Assembly (NCBI GenBank): GCA_965223665.1
Contig: OZ245011.1
Coordinates: 768,001 to 832,000, forward strand
Length of the DNA: 64,000 nucleotides
Direction of reading: 5' to 3'
From: Nitrospinaceae bacterium
GTDB taxonomy: Bacteria > Nitrospinota > Nitrospinia > Nitrospinales > Nitrospinaceae
The translations under genes were made by a program, and so were the position numbers. Shown here in pieces: positions 38,704 to 49,741 of the stretch. Below the pieces are notes generated by a model that saw nothing but the letters and a program-made list of their open reading frames with translations, made no database searches and had not been told where the DNA came from. Each line of letters starts with the position of its first letter. The stretch's first letter is position 1.

Positions 38704-39831
38704 TTAAACTACCAGACCTTTTTTTAGAAGTAATTCATGGGCTTCATCAATTTTTGAAATTGCAGATTTACCTTCACTCCATTCGAACAAATCCTGAAGT
38801 CCTTTTTCCAATGAATATTTGGAAATGTAACCCAGTTTAGAAATTTTTGAAATATCTGCAAAACAATCACGAATGTCCCCATTTCGGTATTTTTGAATAA
38901 CATTGGGTTTAAAGTTTTTTCCATAGAGTTCTATTAGGATGGACGCAACATCTAAAATTGTCCGACGATTACCCGTACCAATATTATAAACTCCTGGTTT
39001 AGCATCAGGATGGTTCAAAAGTATGAGTTTAGCTTGAATCAAATCATGAACATGAATTAAATCTCTAATTTGCAGACCATCTTCATAAATTAGAGGAGGC
39101 TTATCATTTTTAATACTCGATGAAAAAATAGCCGCAGCACCCGTGTAGGGATTATTTAAGCTTTGTCGAGGCCCATAACAGTTAAAGTATCTACAAGCTA
39201 TCGTTGGAATTTTATAAGCGTTCCCAATTAAAAGGGAATATACTTCTTGATCTCTCTTAGTTTGGGCATAGACAGAATGACAATGAGACTCTTTCTCTTC
39301 ATCTGTGGGAATTGGGGTAACCCGGTCTCCACATTGGGGACAATTCATATCCCACTGCCCTGTAGCTAATTGAGATTCTGGTCTAGGCTGAGGAGAAATT
39401 TTTCCATGATTCTTACATAAGTACCTTCCCTCTCCATATAAACTCATGGAACTTGCAACCAAAACTTTTTCAACACGATTTTTTTCGTTGACCAATAAAT
39501 CCCATAGAACTGCGGTCCCATGGACATTGGTTTTAACATAAGGGTCAATTGAATACATCGATTGCCCTACACCAACTTCGGCAGCTTCATGAAAGATGAC
39601 TTCAATTCCTTCCAAAGATTTCTTTAATTTTGAACGATCACATATATCCCCAAAAATAAATTCCGCATCAGGGTGTAAATATTGTGGCTTAGTTGCATTA
39701 GGTCCATGTACCTGAGGATTTAAATTGTCGTAAACTCTTACATGATTACCTCGTTCTATAAGCTCATCCACTAAATGAGAGCCAATAAACCCTGCTCCTC
39801 CGGTCACTAATATCTTCTTTGTTTGGCTCAT
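38704..39831 (-). CDS. NAD-dependent epimerase/dehydratase (extended SDR)
   Basis: TGGAGFIGSH, ASSMSLYGE, YAQTK, RYFNCYGPRQ, RDLIHV, R.GDIRDCFAD. Confidence 0.9.
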   Translation of the reverse strand: MSQTKKILVTGGAGFIGSHLVDELIERGNHVRVYDNLNPQVHGPNATKPQYLHPDAEFIFGDICDRSKLKKSLEGIEVIFHEAAEVGVGQSMYSIDPYVKTNVHGTAVLWDLLVNEKNRVEKVLVASSMSLYGEGRYLCKNHGKISPQPRPESQLATGQWDMNCPQCGDRVTPIPTDEEKESHCHSVYAQTKRDQEVYSLLIGNAYKIPTIACRYFNCYGPRQSLNNPYTGAAAIFSSSIKNDKPPLIYEDGLQIRDLIHVHDLIQAKLILLNHPDAKPGVYNIGTGNRRTILDVASILIELYGKNFKPNVIQKYRNGDIRDCFADISKISKLGYISKYSLEKGLQDLFEWSEGKSAISKIDEAHELLLKKGLVV

Positions 39832-40009
39832 TTCTTCTCCAAAAATAATTTGCTCATTAATAATTTAACGAATTTATGTGATCGAACCTTTAGTGGGAGG
39901 TTTAAATAAATAATTCTATTTATATTAATTTGGCTAAAAGGTATTAAACAGGCTAATTTCAAAGGTTTCAGGGAAATGCAGATAAAAGGAATGTTTGCCC
40001 TACGGCAAT

Positions 40010-40094
40010 TGGTGCCGATGGGGAGACTCGAACTCCCACGGATTGCTCCATACGCCCCTCAAGCGCACGTGTCTACCAATTCCACCACATCGGC
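40010..40094 (-). tRNA. tRNA-Leu (anticodon GAG)
   Basis: Reverse complement GCCGATGTGGTGGAATTGGTAGACACG-TGCGC-TTGAGGG-GCGTA...GTTCGAGTC...CATCGGC-A-CCA: 85 nt, long variable arm, encoded CCA; secG-tRNA-Leu linkage. Confidence 0.95.
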
Positions 40095-40100
40095 AAAGCT

Positions 40101-40454
40101 TTAATTAGAAGTCGTTTCTTTGGAGGAGTCTTCCTCCTTTGAAGAGGTTTTGCTTGAATCAGAAGTTGAATCCAGAGGGGCTGTTGTCTTTTCTTCAATC
40201 TCCGGTATTACAGAATCCTGACCAGACTCGACAGAAAAAATTGAAAGGCTTAACGAGGTAACCATAAAAATTATTGCTGCTGCACCTGTAAGTTTAGTTA
40301 ACAAGTTACTTGCATTACTTCCACCAAACATTGTTTGACTACCTGAACCAAATACAGCACCCATTGACGCACCCTTTCCAGTTTGTAATAACACAACCAG
40401 AATTAAAAATAAGGCCACGATAATATGAATTACGATTACAAAGGTTTGCATCAA
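40101..40454 (-). CDS. secG: Preprotein translocase subunit SecG
   Basis: [23 protein letters not shown]; downstream of tpiA. Confidence 0.95.
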   Translation of the reverse strand: MMQTFVIVIHIIVALFLILVVLLQTGKGASMGAVFGSGSQTMFGGSNASNLLTKLTGAAAIIFMVTSLSLSIFSVESGQDSVIPEIEEKTTAPLDSTSDSSKTSSKEEDSSKETTSN

Positions 40455-40470
40455 AAGACTCCAAAATCAA

Positions 40471-41223
40471 TTAAAAAGCGGTTTTAATAATATCACAAAA
40501 AGACTCGGCAACCAAGCTGGCTCCACCCACTAACAAACCATCAATGTCAGGTTGGGCCATCAAATCAGCACTGTTATTCGGTTTTACACTTCCACCATAA
40601 AGAATCCGGATCGAATCGCCAACCCCAATGACTTTAGTAAGTTTATTACGAATAAATTTATGTGCCTCTTGAGCTTGCTCGGGTGTGGCATTTTTTCCCG
40701 TACCGATTGCCCAAACCGGTTCATAAGCAATAATTAAGTACGAAGGATCCAGGTAGAACCAATCTCCTTCAAAAACCTTTTCTATTTGATCAGACAACAC
40801 AGACTCTGCAGAACCACCGTTTCTTTGTTCCTCAGTTTCCCCAACACAAAATATAGTTTTTATATTCGCAGAAAAGGCAGCCGAAACTTTTTTCCTTAGA
40901 ATTAAATCATCTTCTTTAAAAATATGACGTCTTTCCGAATGTCCTAAAATGACATACTCACATCCAACGTCCTTTAACATCTCTCCCGACACTTCACCGG
41001 TAAAAGCTCCGCTGGGTTCAAAATGCATATTTTGCCCTGATATTTTTATATAAGAACCTTGAAGCCAATTAGATGTCTCCTGCAAAGCCGTGAAGGGCGG
41101 AGCTATTACAATATCTACAGGGGGTTCCTTTTTAAAATTTGAATGTATAGATTGAATCAACGTGCGGGTTTCAGAAAGAGTACAATTCATTTTCCAATTG
41201 CCGGCGACCATTGGTTTATTCAT
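40471..41223 (-). CDS. tpiA: Triosephosphate isomerase
   Basis: AGNWKMN, GHSERR, AYEPVWAIGTG, YGGSVKP, VGGASL. Confidence 0.97.
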   Translation of the reverse strand: MNKPMVAGNWKMNCTLSETRTLIQSIHSNFKKEPPVDIVIAPPFTALQETSNWLQGSYIKISGQNMHFEPSGAFTGEVSGEMLKDVGCEYVILGHSERRHIFKEDDLILRKKVSAAFSANIKTIFCVGETEEQRNGGSAESVLSDQIEKVFEGDWFYLDPSYLIIAYEPVWAIGTGKNATPEQAQEAHKFIRNKLTKVIGVGDSIRILYGGSVKPNNSADLMAQPDIDGLLVGGASLVAESFCDIIKTAF

Positions 41224-41240
41224 AGGGTATTTTGCTTATT

Positions 41241-42257
41241 TTAAATTCCTTTTTTTATAATGTATTTCAACAAATCCTTGGTTCGATTTGAATATCCCCA
41301 TTCATTATCATACCAGGCAAGAACTTTGATCATATTTTTATCCATAACTTTTGTTGATGGTCCATCCACAATTGAAGAATCTTGAGCTCCATTATAGTCG
41401 ATAGAAACAAGGGGCATATCTTCAAATCTCAAAATCCCCTTTAATTCATTTTGTGAGGCAGCTTTCAGGCAATTATTAACATCTTCTTCTGAAGTATCTT
41501 TCTCTACTTCTGCCACCAAATCAATTAATGATACATTTGGGGTTGGAACTCTTATGGCCATTCCATCTAATTTCCCTTTTAATTCTGGTAGTACCAAAGA
41601 AACAGCTTTAGCAGCCCCCGTGGTAGTCGGAATCATAGACAAATTTGCGGCACGTGCCCGCCGTAAATCTTTATGCGGTAAATCTAAAATTTTTTGATCA
41701 TTGGTATAAGAATGAATCGTGGTCATTACCCCTTTTCGAATTCCAAAGTTATTATGAATAACCTTAGCTAGCGGGGCCAAGCAGTTCGTAGTACAAGAGG
41801 CATTTGATACAATATTATGGTTATCAGCTTTGTAAGACTCCTCATTTACTCCTAAAACAATTGTTACATCCGGATCCTTTGCAGGTGCTGAAATTATGAC
41901 TTTTTTTGCACCGGCAGTTAAATGTTTTGAGGCATCCTCCCTTTTGGTAAACAAACCGGTTGATTCAATTACTACATCAATATTTAACTCTTTCCAAGGC
42001 AAGTCTTGAGGGTCACGCACCGAAGTAATCTGAATGGATTTTCCATTAATAATTAATTTATTATCCTGACTTTCAACCTGGAGATTACTTACACCCTGGA
42101 CTGAATCATATTTAAATAAATGTGCCAGGGTATTAGCATCTGTAAGATCATTAATGGCAACTACATCTATATTTTCGCAATCGGGATCATTGAAAATACA
42201 TTTCAAAACATTGCGACCTATTCGCCCAAACCCATTAATCGCCACTCTGGTGGTCAT
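41241..42257 (-). CDS. gap: Glyceraldehyde-3-phosphate dehydrogenase, type I
   Basis: INGFGRIGR, ASCTTNCL, WYDNEWGY. Confidence 0.97.
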   Translation of the reverse strand: MTTRVAINGFGRIGRNVLKCIFNDPDCENIDVVAINDLTDANTLAHLFKYDSVQGVSNLQVESQDNKLIINGKSIQITSVRDPQDLPWKELNIDVVIESTGLFTKREDASKHLTAGAKKVIISAPAKDPDVTIVLGVNEESYKADNHNIVSNASCTTNCLAPLAKVIHNNFGIRKGVMTTIHSYTNDQKILDLPHKDLRRARAANLSMIPTTTGAAKAVSLVLPELKGKLDGMAIRVPTPNVSLIDLVAEVEKDTSEEDVNNCLKAASQNELKGILRFEDMPLVSIDYNGAQDSSIVDGPSTKVMDKNMIKVLAWYDNEWGYSNRTKDLLKYIIKKGI

Positions 42258-42383
42258 TTAGCCTCCTTCACAAAAAATAATTCCTAAACTTTTTTCAAAC
42301 TGTTGAATCATATTGTTAACTGTATTTAAAAATTAATCAATATAGTTTTAAAAACTCTTTCCATTCATTTATTCTCAGGTTGG

Positions 42384-43121
42384 TTATTCCTTTCTTTGTT
42401 CCACTCCCTTTTGAATAGCATCCTTCATATTTTTTATGGCTTGATCCATTCCTGAATAAATTGATCTGGCAACCAGGTTGTGACCTATATTTAGTTCCTC
42501 GATTTGAGGAATGGCGGCGATGGAAATTACATTTTCATTATTTAGTCCGTGACCCGCAAATACCCTCATTCCAAAATCTTTTGCTTGAGAAGAGGCTTTT
42601 ACAATTTTTGCCAATTCTTTGTCAATCTCATTTTGCTCACTCAATTCAGTATATAAACCCGTATTAATTTCAATACTTGGCACTCCTAGTCCGTGGGCGG
42701 CTTGAATTTGATCCACATTAGGGTCTACAAAAAGGCTAACCAAAATCCCATGGGAATCTAGTTTTTGTTTTACCGATTTAATAATTTTTTCATTTAAGCG
42801 TACGTCCAAACCACCTTCTGTTGTAATCTCTTGTCTTTTTTCAGGAACCAATGAAACTTGATAAGGCTTCGTTTTGATTGCAATCTCCACCATTTCTTCT
42901 GTGGCAGCCATTTCAAGATTGAGTTTCGTCTGGATATTTTGTTTAATTCGATTCACATCATGGTCTTGAATATGACGCCTATCTTCTCTGAGATGCACTG
43001 TAATGCCATCTGCACCTGCTTTTTCGGCCAACAGAGCAGCAATTAAGGGATCTGGTTCAGTGGTTTTACGAGCTTCTCTTAATGTGGCCACGTGGTCTAC
43101 ATTTACAAATAATCGAATCAT
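42384..43121 (-). CDS. pdxJ: Pyridoxine 5'-phosphate synthase
   Basis: VNVDHVATLR, HLREDRRHI, VPEKR.E.TTEGG, AGHGL, ELNIGH. ATG 43121 preferred. Confidence 0.95.
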   Translation of the reverse strand: MIRLFVNVDHVATLREARKTTEPDPLIAALLAEKAGADGITVHLREDRRHIQDHDVNRIKQNIQTKLNLEMAATEEMVEIAIKTKPYQVSLVPEKRQEITTEGGLDVRLNEKIIKSVKQKLDSHGILVSLFVDPNVDQIQAAHGLGVPSIEINTGLYTELSEQNEIDKELAKIVKASSQAKDFGMRVFAGHGLNNENVISIAAIPQIEELNIGHNLVARSIYSGMDQAIKNMKDAIQKGVEQRKE

Positions 43122-43125
43122 AAAG

Positions 43126-43956
43126 TTATCTCTCCCACGCACTCAATGCTTTTACCATCTTTAGCATATGAACTGTTTCTTTAACATCGTGAACACGAAG
43201 AATTTTAGCTCCCTTTAATACTCCTACTAATCCCGAGATTAAAGACCCAACCATTCTATCTTCTACTGGGACATTTAAAACTTTCCCAATAAATGACTTA
43301 CGGGAAATTCCTAAAAGCAATGGTTTATTCAATTCATTGAAATACTCAAGATTAGAAATCAATTCCAAATTATTTTCTGCAGTTTTTCCAAACCCAATTC
43401 CCGGATCTATTATTATTTTGTTGGGTTCAATTCCTATGGATTCTGCAAACTCAATTTTTTCCTGAAGAAATGCTCTTATTTCTTTTATACAATCTTTATA
43501 ATTTATACTCTCCTGCATATTCGAAGGATTGCCTCTCATATGCATAAGAATCACTCCAGCTTTATATCTTGAAATAATAGACGCCATATTTGGGTCCCGC
43601 AAACCAGTAATATCATTGATCCACGTAGCACCATGATTCAAAACAAATTCGGCAACCTCCGCTTTGTAGGTATCCACAGATAGGGGAACCGAAATACTCG
43701 TTTCAATCTTATTTAAAAATGGTTTTAAAATCTCAATTTCATTCTCTGCAGAAATGGGGAAAGACCCCGGTCGAGTAGACTCAGCCCCGAGATCTATAAA
43801 ATCCGCTCCATCCTCAACCATTTGTATGGCAGTTTTAAAAGCTATTTCTATATTAGAAAAGCTACTTTCTGAATAGAATGAATCTTCAGATAGATTAATT
43901 ATTCCCATTACTTTAGGGGTTTCATTGAATAGAGTTTTTAGATTTTTCTGAAACAA
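43126..43956 (-). CDS. folP: Dihydropteroate synthase
   Basis: MGIINLSEDSF, GAESTRPG, SVDTYK, IDPGIGFGK, SRKSF, RVHDV. Confidence 0.95.
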   Translation of the reverse strand: MFQKNLKTLFNETPKVMGIINLSEDSFYSESSFSNIEIAFKTAIQMVEDGADFIDLGAESTRPGSFPISAENEIEILKPFLNKIETSISVPLSVDTYKAEVAEFVLNHGATWINDITGLRDPNMASIISRYKAGVILMHMRGNPSNMQESINYKDCIKEIRAFLQEKIEFAESIGIEPNKIIIDPGIGFGKTAENNLELISNLEYFNELNKPLLLGISRKSFIGKVLNVPVEDRMVGSLISGLVGVLKGAKILRVHDVKETVHMLKMVKALSAWER

Positions 43957-43971
43957 AAGGGATTCCTAATG

Positions 43972-44011
43972 AAAAAGAAAAGCTCCGTCTCGGGAAAACC
44001 CGAAACGGAGC
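43972..44011 (-). terminator. Rho-independent terminator after ftsH
   Basis: On -: GCTCCGTTTCGGG-TTTT-CCCGAGACGGAGC followed by TTTTCTTTTT. Confidence 0.85.
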
Positions 44012-44037
44012 CACAGTAACAATTATATATTTGTTCC

Positions 44038-45966
44038 TTAGGCAGGCGTAGGATCCGGCATTCCACCGATTAAACCATCTGAATCACCAACCACATCCGG
44101 CTTTTTCTTCTCTTTTTGGTGGGCTAATGTGGCATCATCAACAGGGCTTTCACTTCCCCCATCTGAATCTTCAGGTGGTTTCCCATCAATAATCTCTTTA
44201 ATTTCTTTTAAATCTAAAGTTTCATGCTCTAACAACGCTTGAGCTAACTTCTCTAATGTTTCTAGATTTTCCGTTAAGAGTTCATTTGCTTTATTATAGC
44301 CGCCCATAACCAAAGATTTAACTTCAAGGTCAATCAATTTTGCAGTTTCATCACTAAAGTTTTTTTGAGCCGAAAAATCTTTTCCAAGAAATACCTGCTC
44401 TTCTTTAGTTCCATAAGTCAAAGGACCCATTTTCTCACTCATTCCCCATTCACACACCATCTTTCGAGCAGTTTCAGTGGCAACCTCAATATCATTTCCG
44501 GCCCCTGTCGTAATCTGGCCTAAACAAATTTCTTCGGCCACTCGACCTCCCATCATAATCGCCAGTCGATTTATGAGGTAATCTTTAGGATATGTGTGTT
44601 TTTCATCCTCTGGAAGCTGCATTGTTACTCCTAATGCTCGTCCCCGTGGAATTATGGTTACTTTATGTAATGGATCAGTTTCAGGCAATAAATAGGCTAC
44701 CAAAGCATGACCGGCCTCATGATACGCTGTATTTTTCTTTTCTTTCTCAGTAATTACCATACTTCGACGTTCAACACCCATCATGACTTTGTCTTTGGCA
44801 TCTTCAAAGTCTTCCATGTTCACTGTCCGTCTTTCTTTACGCGCAGCCAAAAGAGCTGCTTCATTTACCAAGTTTGCTAAATCAGCCCCAGTGAAACCCG
44901 GAGTTCCTCGTGCAATAATTTTTAAATCAACATCATCTTCAAGCGGAACTCTAGATGTATGGACTTTAAGAATTCCTTCTCGTCCTTTTATATCTGGACG
45001 CCCAACTACCACCTGACGATCAAATCGACCAGGCCTTAACAAAGCCGGGTCCAAAACATCAGGACGGTTTGTAGCGGCAATTAAAATAACTCCTTCATTA
45101 TTTTCGAATCCATCCATTTCAACTAAAAGTTGGTTTAAGGTTTGTTCGCGCTCGTCATGGCCACCCCCTAAACCTGCACCACGGTGCCGACCGACTGCAT
45201 CAATTTCATCAATAAAAATAATACAGGGGCTATTTTTCTTACCCTGCTCAAATAAATCTCGAACACGTGATGCACCAACTCCAACAAACATTTCTACAAA
45301 ATCCGAACCACTAATACTAAAGAAAGGAACATTGGCTTCCCCTGCAATAGCTTTAGCTAAAAGAGTTTTTCCGGTACCTGGAGGACCTACTAAAAGTACT
45401 CCTTTTGGAATTTTACCGCCAAGCTTACTGAATTTTTGAGGTTCCTTTAAAAATTCAATGATTTCCTGTAGCTCTTCTTTTGCTTCATCACAGCCTGCAA
45501 CATCCTTAAATGTCACTTTATTGGATTTTTCACCCATGAGGCGAGCCTTACTTTTACCAAAGGAAAGGGCTTTTCCACCCCCTGCCTGCATTTGCCGCAT
45601 AAAAAATATCCAAATCCCAAGCAACAAAAGCATGGGAAACCAAGATATTAATATATTCATATACCAACTGGTCTGCTCCGGTGGCACCACTTCCATCCGA
45701 ACACCTTTTTCTCTGAGTAATTTAATTAATTCGGGATCTTTTCCGGGGGCATAGGTTTGAAATGTTCGACCATCGGTATAGGTTCCATTTATTGTGTCAC
45801 CTTGCATCACCACTTTAGAGATTTCCCCCCGTTCTAATTGGTTCATGAAATCACTAAAAACAACCTCAGATTGGCCCATTTGTGGTTGGTTGAATATATT
45901 AAAAAGAGCAATTAAAATCAGCCCTATGACTAACCATAAAGCTAAGTTTTTATAAAATTGATTCAA
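44038..45966 (-). CDS. ftsH: ATP-dependent zinc metalloprotease FtsH
   Basis: 2 [35 protein letters not shown]. Confidence 0.98.
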   Translation of the reverse strand: MNQFYKNLALWLVIGLILIALFNIFNQPQMGQSEVVFSDFMNQLERGEISKVVMQGDTINGTYTDGRTFQTYAPGKDPELIKLLREKGVRMEVVPPEQTSWYMNILISWFPMLLLLGIWIFFMRQMQAGGGKALSFGKSKARLMGEKSNKVTFKDVAGCDEAKEELQEIIEFLKEPQKFSKLGGKIPKGVLLVGPPGTGKTLLAKAIAGEANVPFFSISGSDFVEMFVGVGASRVRDLFEQGKKNSPCIIFIDEIDAVGRHRGAGLGGGHDEREQTLNQLLVEMDGFENNEGVILIAATNRPDVLDPALLRPGRFDRQVVVGRPDIKGREGILKVHTSRVPLEDDVDLKIIARGTPGFTGADLANLVNEAALLAARKERRTVNMEDFEDAKDKVMMGVERRSMVITEKEKKNTAYHEAGHALVAYLLPETDPLHKVTIIPRGRALGVTMQLPEDEKHTYPKDYLINRLAIMMGGRVAEEICLGQITTGAGNDIEVATETARKMVCEWGMSEKMGPLTYGTKEEQVFLGKDFSAQKNFSDETAKLIDLEVKSLVMGGYNKANELLTENLETLEKLAQALLEHETLDLKEIKEIIDGKPPEDSDGGSESPVDDATLAHQKEKKKPDVVGDSDGLIGGMPDPTPA

Positions 45967-46062
45967 AATAGTCTCCTTTGCGAAAAGCTGAGCTTGGTAA
46001 ATCTATATTACCATAGTTCGCTATTCAAATGCCGGTTTCTTTTCCACCCTCAGAAACCGATT

Positions 46063-47481
46063 TTAATTTACCAAGCCTTTGATATTTAGGATTTTATTTG
46101 TCTCAGGCGTCACTCTATATTTATGAGAAATCCTAAACCCATATACCCATATAATATCGCCATTTAGAGTAGTCAATAGAGGAACAGAATATCTTTCCTT
46201 TTGGGGAACCTTTTCATCAATAAAAAAATCTTTTAGTTTTTTTGTGCCAGACATTCCAAAAGGTATGAACCGATCACCTTTTTCAAAAAATCGAATTAAA
46301 ATATTTTCCCCTGAAATAGCCAAGTCCAAATCTGCTTCATTTTTTCTTTTGGAAAAACCTTTAAATTCATTGGAAGAAATGATTTTAGTTTGCAACTTAA
46401 TTCCTGTTTGGGGAATTGTTGTAATCCCTGGAATTTCCAGGGGAATTTTTAAATCTTTTTCTAAAATTAAGATGTCACTTTTACTATCAGGGATTTTTTT
46501 TATCTCAAGGCTTGTATTTAGGATAGAAACTTCAATATTGTCTGGAAGACTTTTACTCCACGCAGATTTATGTGATTGCACATATTCTACGGTTTTCTGT
46601 AAATGATGGAAAGTAATCCTACGCAAATTTCCCTTCACAAATTGAATACTTTTGCGTAAAACTCTCCTTTGCATTATTTTGGGTATTTCCCTCAGTAATT
46701 CTCTATTTAAAATAACCTTTTCGTTTTCTATACTTTCACACAAGCATTCATTGAAATATTTTTCTGCCAATCCATCCAAAAATTCATTTTCCTCACTAAG
46801 AGTTGTGGACATTCTTAAGAGGTTTTCGTTTAAATTTGGATTGTATTGACTCATTAGAAGTGGCACCAAATCTAAACGAATTTTATTACGCAGGTATTTC
46901 CGATTTTTATTCGAAGAATCAACTCGATAGGAAATTTTCCTGTTTTCCAGAAATTCAAGAACCTCACTTCTTTCAAAAATCAATAAAGGCCTTATCCATG
47001 GACCTCTTTTGGGAAGCATTCCCTTTAATCCCGCTATTCCACTTCCTCGCAAAAAATTCATCAAAATAGTTTCAGCCTGATCCTCCTTATTATGACCCAA
47101 AGCAATTTTATTCCCTTCAATTTTTTTAAGAATATGCATTAAATAATCTTTTCGGATTTGCCTTGCAGTATCCTGAAAGGAACTTTTGATATCAACTTTC
47201 TTATCTTCAATATTTATTTTTTGAATAAAAGTGGGAATACAAAGTTCCTCTCCTAGTTTTCTAACAAACTCGGAATCATCAAAGGATTCTTGTCCTCGAG
47301 CACAATGATTTAAATGGGCAATACTAATTTGGATTGGGTATTGTTTTCTAATTTCTATCATGGAGTATAATAAAGCCGTGGAATCTGGTCCACCCGAAAG
47401 AGCTACCAAAATATGATCTTCCTCAGAAAACATTTGGTGTTCTCCACCAAAGGCAATCATTTTTTGAATAAATCGATCCAT
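46063..47481 (-). CDS. tilS: tRNA(Ile)-lysidine synthetase
   Basis: PP-loop ALSGGPDS, GHNKEDQAET, RPLL, DSSN...RNKIR, C-terminal KKLKDFFIDEKVP. Confidence 0.95.
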   Translation of the reverse strand: MDRFIQKMIAFGGEHQMFSEEDHILVALSGGPDSTALLYSMIEIRKQYPIQISIAHLNHCARGQESFDDSEFVRKLGEELCIPTFIQKINIEDKKVDIKSSFQDTARQIRKDYLMHILKKIEGNKIALGHNKEDQAETILMNFLRGSGIAGLKGMLPKRGPWIRPLLIFERSEVLEFLENRKISYRVDSSNKNRKYLRNKIRLDLVPLLMSQYNPNLNENLLRMSTTLSEENEFLDGLAEKYFNECLCESIENEKVILNRELLREIPKIMQRRVLRKSIQFVKGNLRRITFHHLQKTVEYVQSHKSAWSKSLPDNIEVSILNTSLEIKKIPDSKSDILILEKDLKIPLEIPGITTIPQTGIKLQTKIISSNEFKGFSKRKNEADLDLAISGENILIRFFEKGDRFIPFGMSGTKKLKDFFIDEKVPQKERYSVPLLTTLNGDIIWVYGFRISHKYRVTPETNKILNIKGLVN

Positions 47482-47553
47482 AAATATTAATTACAATCCT
47501 TACGGAAAATGATTAAAGCTTTACCAATAAATATTTATTAAATTCAGAATTTA

Positions 47554-48792
47554 TTACAGATTTTCCAAAATTTCTTGCTTCTTCTTTTGGTATTCGGCCT
47601 CTGAAATTATATTCATTTGCCTGAGTTGCTTATAGTGACGCAACTTTACTTCCACCGACTGGTGGCTATCATTCGTTGCATTAGGTAATGGATTGTTTGA
47701 AAGAGATTTTTTTATGGTGAGAGGTGGAAGAATATTAACTTTTTTTTCCGGAGAAGGTTTGGGTTCTTTAAGATTATTTTTTGCTAAGGTAACTTCTTTA
47801 TTTTCTTTTACCTTCCAGTTTTTTTCAATAAATGCCTTTGCTTTAATTTCTTCAATATAAGATTGATATTGACCTTGAAACTTTTCCATTGACAAAATAT
47901 TCGTTATTTCATTTCTAACTTCTTCAATTGGGGTTGTTTGACCAGGAATAATTTTATCTACTTTAATTATATGAATACCATATGGGGAACGAATTATGTT
48001 ACTAATTTCTCCTTCTTTAAGGGCAAATGCAGCATTCTCAAATTCTGGAATCATTTTACCTCTTTCCAGCACTCCCAAATCTCCCCCATTTTGAGCGGAC
48101 ACATCCTCTGAATAAAGTTGGGCCATGGTTTCAAATTTTTCTCCACTCCTCAATTTACGCATTACTTCTTGAGCTTTTTGCTCTTTAACTTTTATATCTT
48201 TTTCTGGCAAGGTCTCTTCAAGAATAAATAATATATGTCGCACACTGATTTTGGGTGGGCTCCAATAATCTTTTTGATGCTCATGATAATAATTTTTTAA
48301 TTCATCATCACTAACCTTTATACGACTTTTAACTTGCATACCTACTACTTTACTCAACATAATTTGATTTCGAATATTCTCTTTATAATCATCTATAGAA
48401 CGCCCTTCTTTTTCCAGCATTCTCTCTAGGTCACCTTCTTGAAGATTATTTCGATCTCTAATTTCATTTAAAGCCGCTTCGACCTTTTTTTCATCAATAG
48501 TAAGCCCAATTCTTTTGCCATCAAAAACAATTAGCTTTTCTTGAATAATTCTATCTAACATCAAACTTTTCATTTCCTCAAAAGTCGGAATATCAGTTCC
48601 CCCTGATGACTGGATTCGAGAAATTTCCATTGCAGCTCTTTCGTCAAGATCACTTTTGGTAATGATTTCGTTATTAACTCTAGCAATAACTTGATCAAAA
48701 ATTTCGGCTGCAACAGGATGGCTTATTAAAAGGCAAACCATTCCAAATAACAAAAATTTTATTTTGAATTTAAATTTGTTCCAATACATCAT
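47554..48792 (-). CDS. surA: SurA-like parvulin PPIase/chaperone with C-terminal SHOCT domain
   Basis: DQVIARVNNEIIT.SDL, RHILF, YSED, GGDLG, SPYGIHII; C-terminal LRQMNIISEAEYQKKKQEIL. Confidence 0.8.
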   Translation of the reverse strand: MMYWNKFKFKIKFLLFGMVCLLISHPVAAEIFDQVIARVNNEIITKSDLDERAAMEISRIQSSGGTDIPTFEEMKSLMLDRIIQEKLIVFDGKRIGLTIDEKKVEAALNEIRDRNNLQEGDLERMLEKEGRSIDDYKENIRNQIMLSKVVGMQVKSRIKVSDDELKNYYHEHQKDYWSPPKISVRHILFILEETLPEKDIKVKEQKAQEVMRKLRSGEKFETMAQLYSEDVSAQNGGDLGVLERGKMIPEFENAAFALKEGEISNIIRSPYGIHIIKVDKIIPGQTTPIEEVRNEITNILSMEKFQGQYQSYIEEIKAKAFIEKNWKVKENKEVTLAKNNLKEPKPSPEKKVNILPPLTIKKSLSNNPLPNATNDSHQSVEVKLRHYKQLRQMNIISEAEYQKKKQEILENL

Positions 48793-49741
48793 AGTTAATT
48801 ATTATTTCTGATTTTTCTTTTACTTTGGTTAACCACTTTTTAAAGGCTTTTTCCTGAGCTTGGCGCAAAAGAGAATTACGGATACTTTTCTTTGATTCTT
48901 CAAAACTCATTTTACTTTCCGGGATTTTATCAACCACTTTAAAAACATGAAATCCATAAGGAGTTCGAATAATATCACTAATCTTTTCTACCTCTAAATC
49001 AAAAACCTCGTCAAACTCTTCAGGCATTTGACCCTTTTCAAAGTAGCCCATGTCTCCACCCTCGCTTCCTTCCAAACTTAATGAATGTTCTTTTGCGAGC
49101 TGGGAAAAAGATTTACCTTTTTTAAGCATTTTTAATATATCGCGGGCTTCTTCTTCGGTTTCAACCATAATATGTAGGGCTCTTACCCGTTCTCCCTTTT
49201 GAAATTCTTTTTGGTGATTGGTAAAGTATTTCAATAGATCCTTATCTGAGACGGCAACCTTACTATTCACCACCTGTTGAATCAAATTTTTTATTAAAAG
49301 TTGGGTTTTTAGTTTCTCTACCCATTGAGATTGAGAAATTTCCTCAATTTCTAATGCCTGCTGAAAAGACTCATCTTTATACCCCTGCTTCATTTTTTCA
49401 AGATAAGTATTAAATTCGGAGTCCCTAAGCTTAACTCCAATTCTTCGTGCCTCTTGTTTTATTAAAGATTCCTGAATAATTTTATTTAACGTGTTATTTT
49501 TCAACCATGCCCACTGTTCTTTAGGAAGTGGATCATTCTTTTTAATCCGATATTTCCTTTTAGCTTGCCGCAGTTCATTTATCAATTGATGCTGGACAAT
49601 GGATTCCTCATTTACTATGGCCACTGTTTTCGAACCATCACCCTCTATTTCTGTTTGATTATTTGGACCACAACCAAATAAAAAAAAGACCAATATAATG
49701 AGGGAAATTCGAATCATAATAAGGAAAGGAAAAGTGCTCAT
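48770..49741 (-). CDS. Parvulin-type peptidyl-prolyl isomerase lipoprotein (PrsA/SurA-like)
   Basis: Lipobox LFGC, VAIVN, ALHIMV, FSQLAKEHS, GGDMG, TPYGFHVF. The true start may be a few codons downstream. Confidence 0.85.
   Translation of the reverse strand: MSTFPFLIMIRISLIILVFFLFGCGPNNQTEIEGDGSKTVAIVNEESIVQHQLINELRQAKRKYRIKKNDPLPKEQWAWLKNNTLNKIIQESLIKQEARRIGVKLRDSEFNTYLEKMKQGYKDESFQQALEIEEISQSQWVEKLKTQLLIKNLIQQVVNSKVAVSDKDLLKYFTNHQKEFQKGERVRALHIMVETEEEARDILKMLKKGKSFSQLAKEHSLSLEGSEGGDMGYFEKGQMPEEFDEVFDLEVEKISDIIRTPYGFHVFKVVDKIPESKMSFEESKKSIRNSLLRQAQEKAFKKWLTKVKEKSEIIINYDVLEQI

Noticed and set aside
39832..40010. Genomic island integrated at the tRNA-Leu 3' end
   Set aside because: No integrase and no duplicated tRNA 3' end seen; the downstream genes are metabolic.
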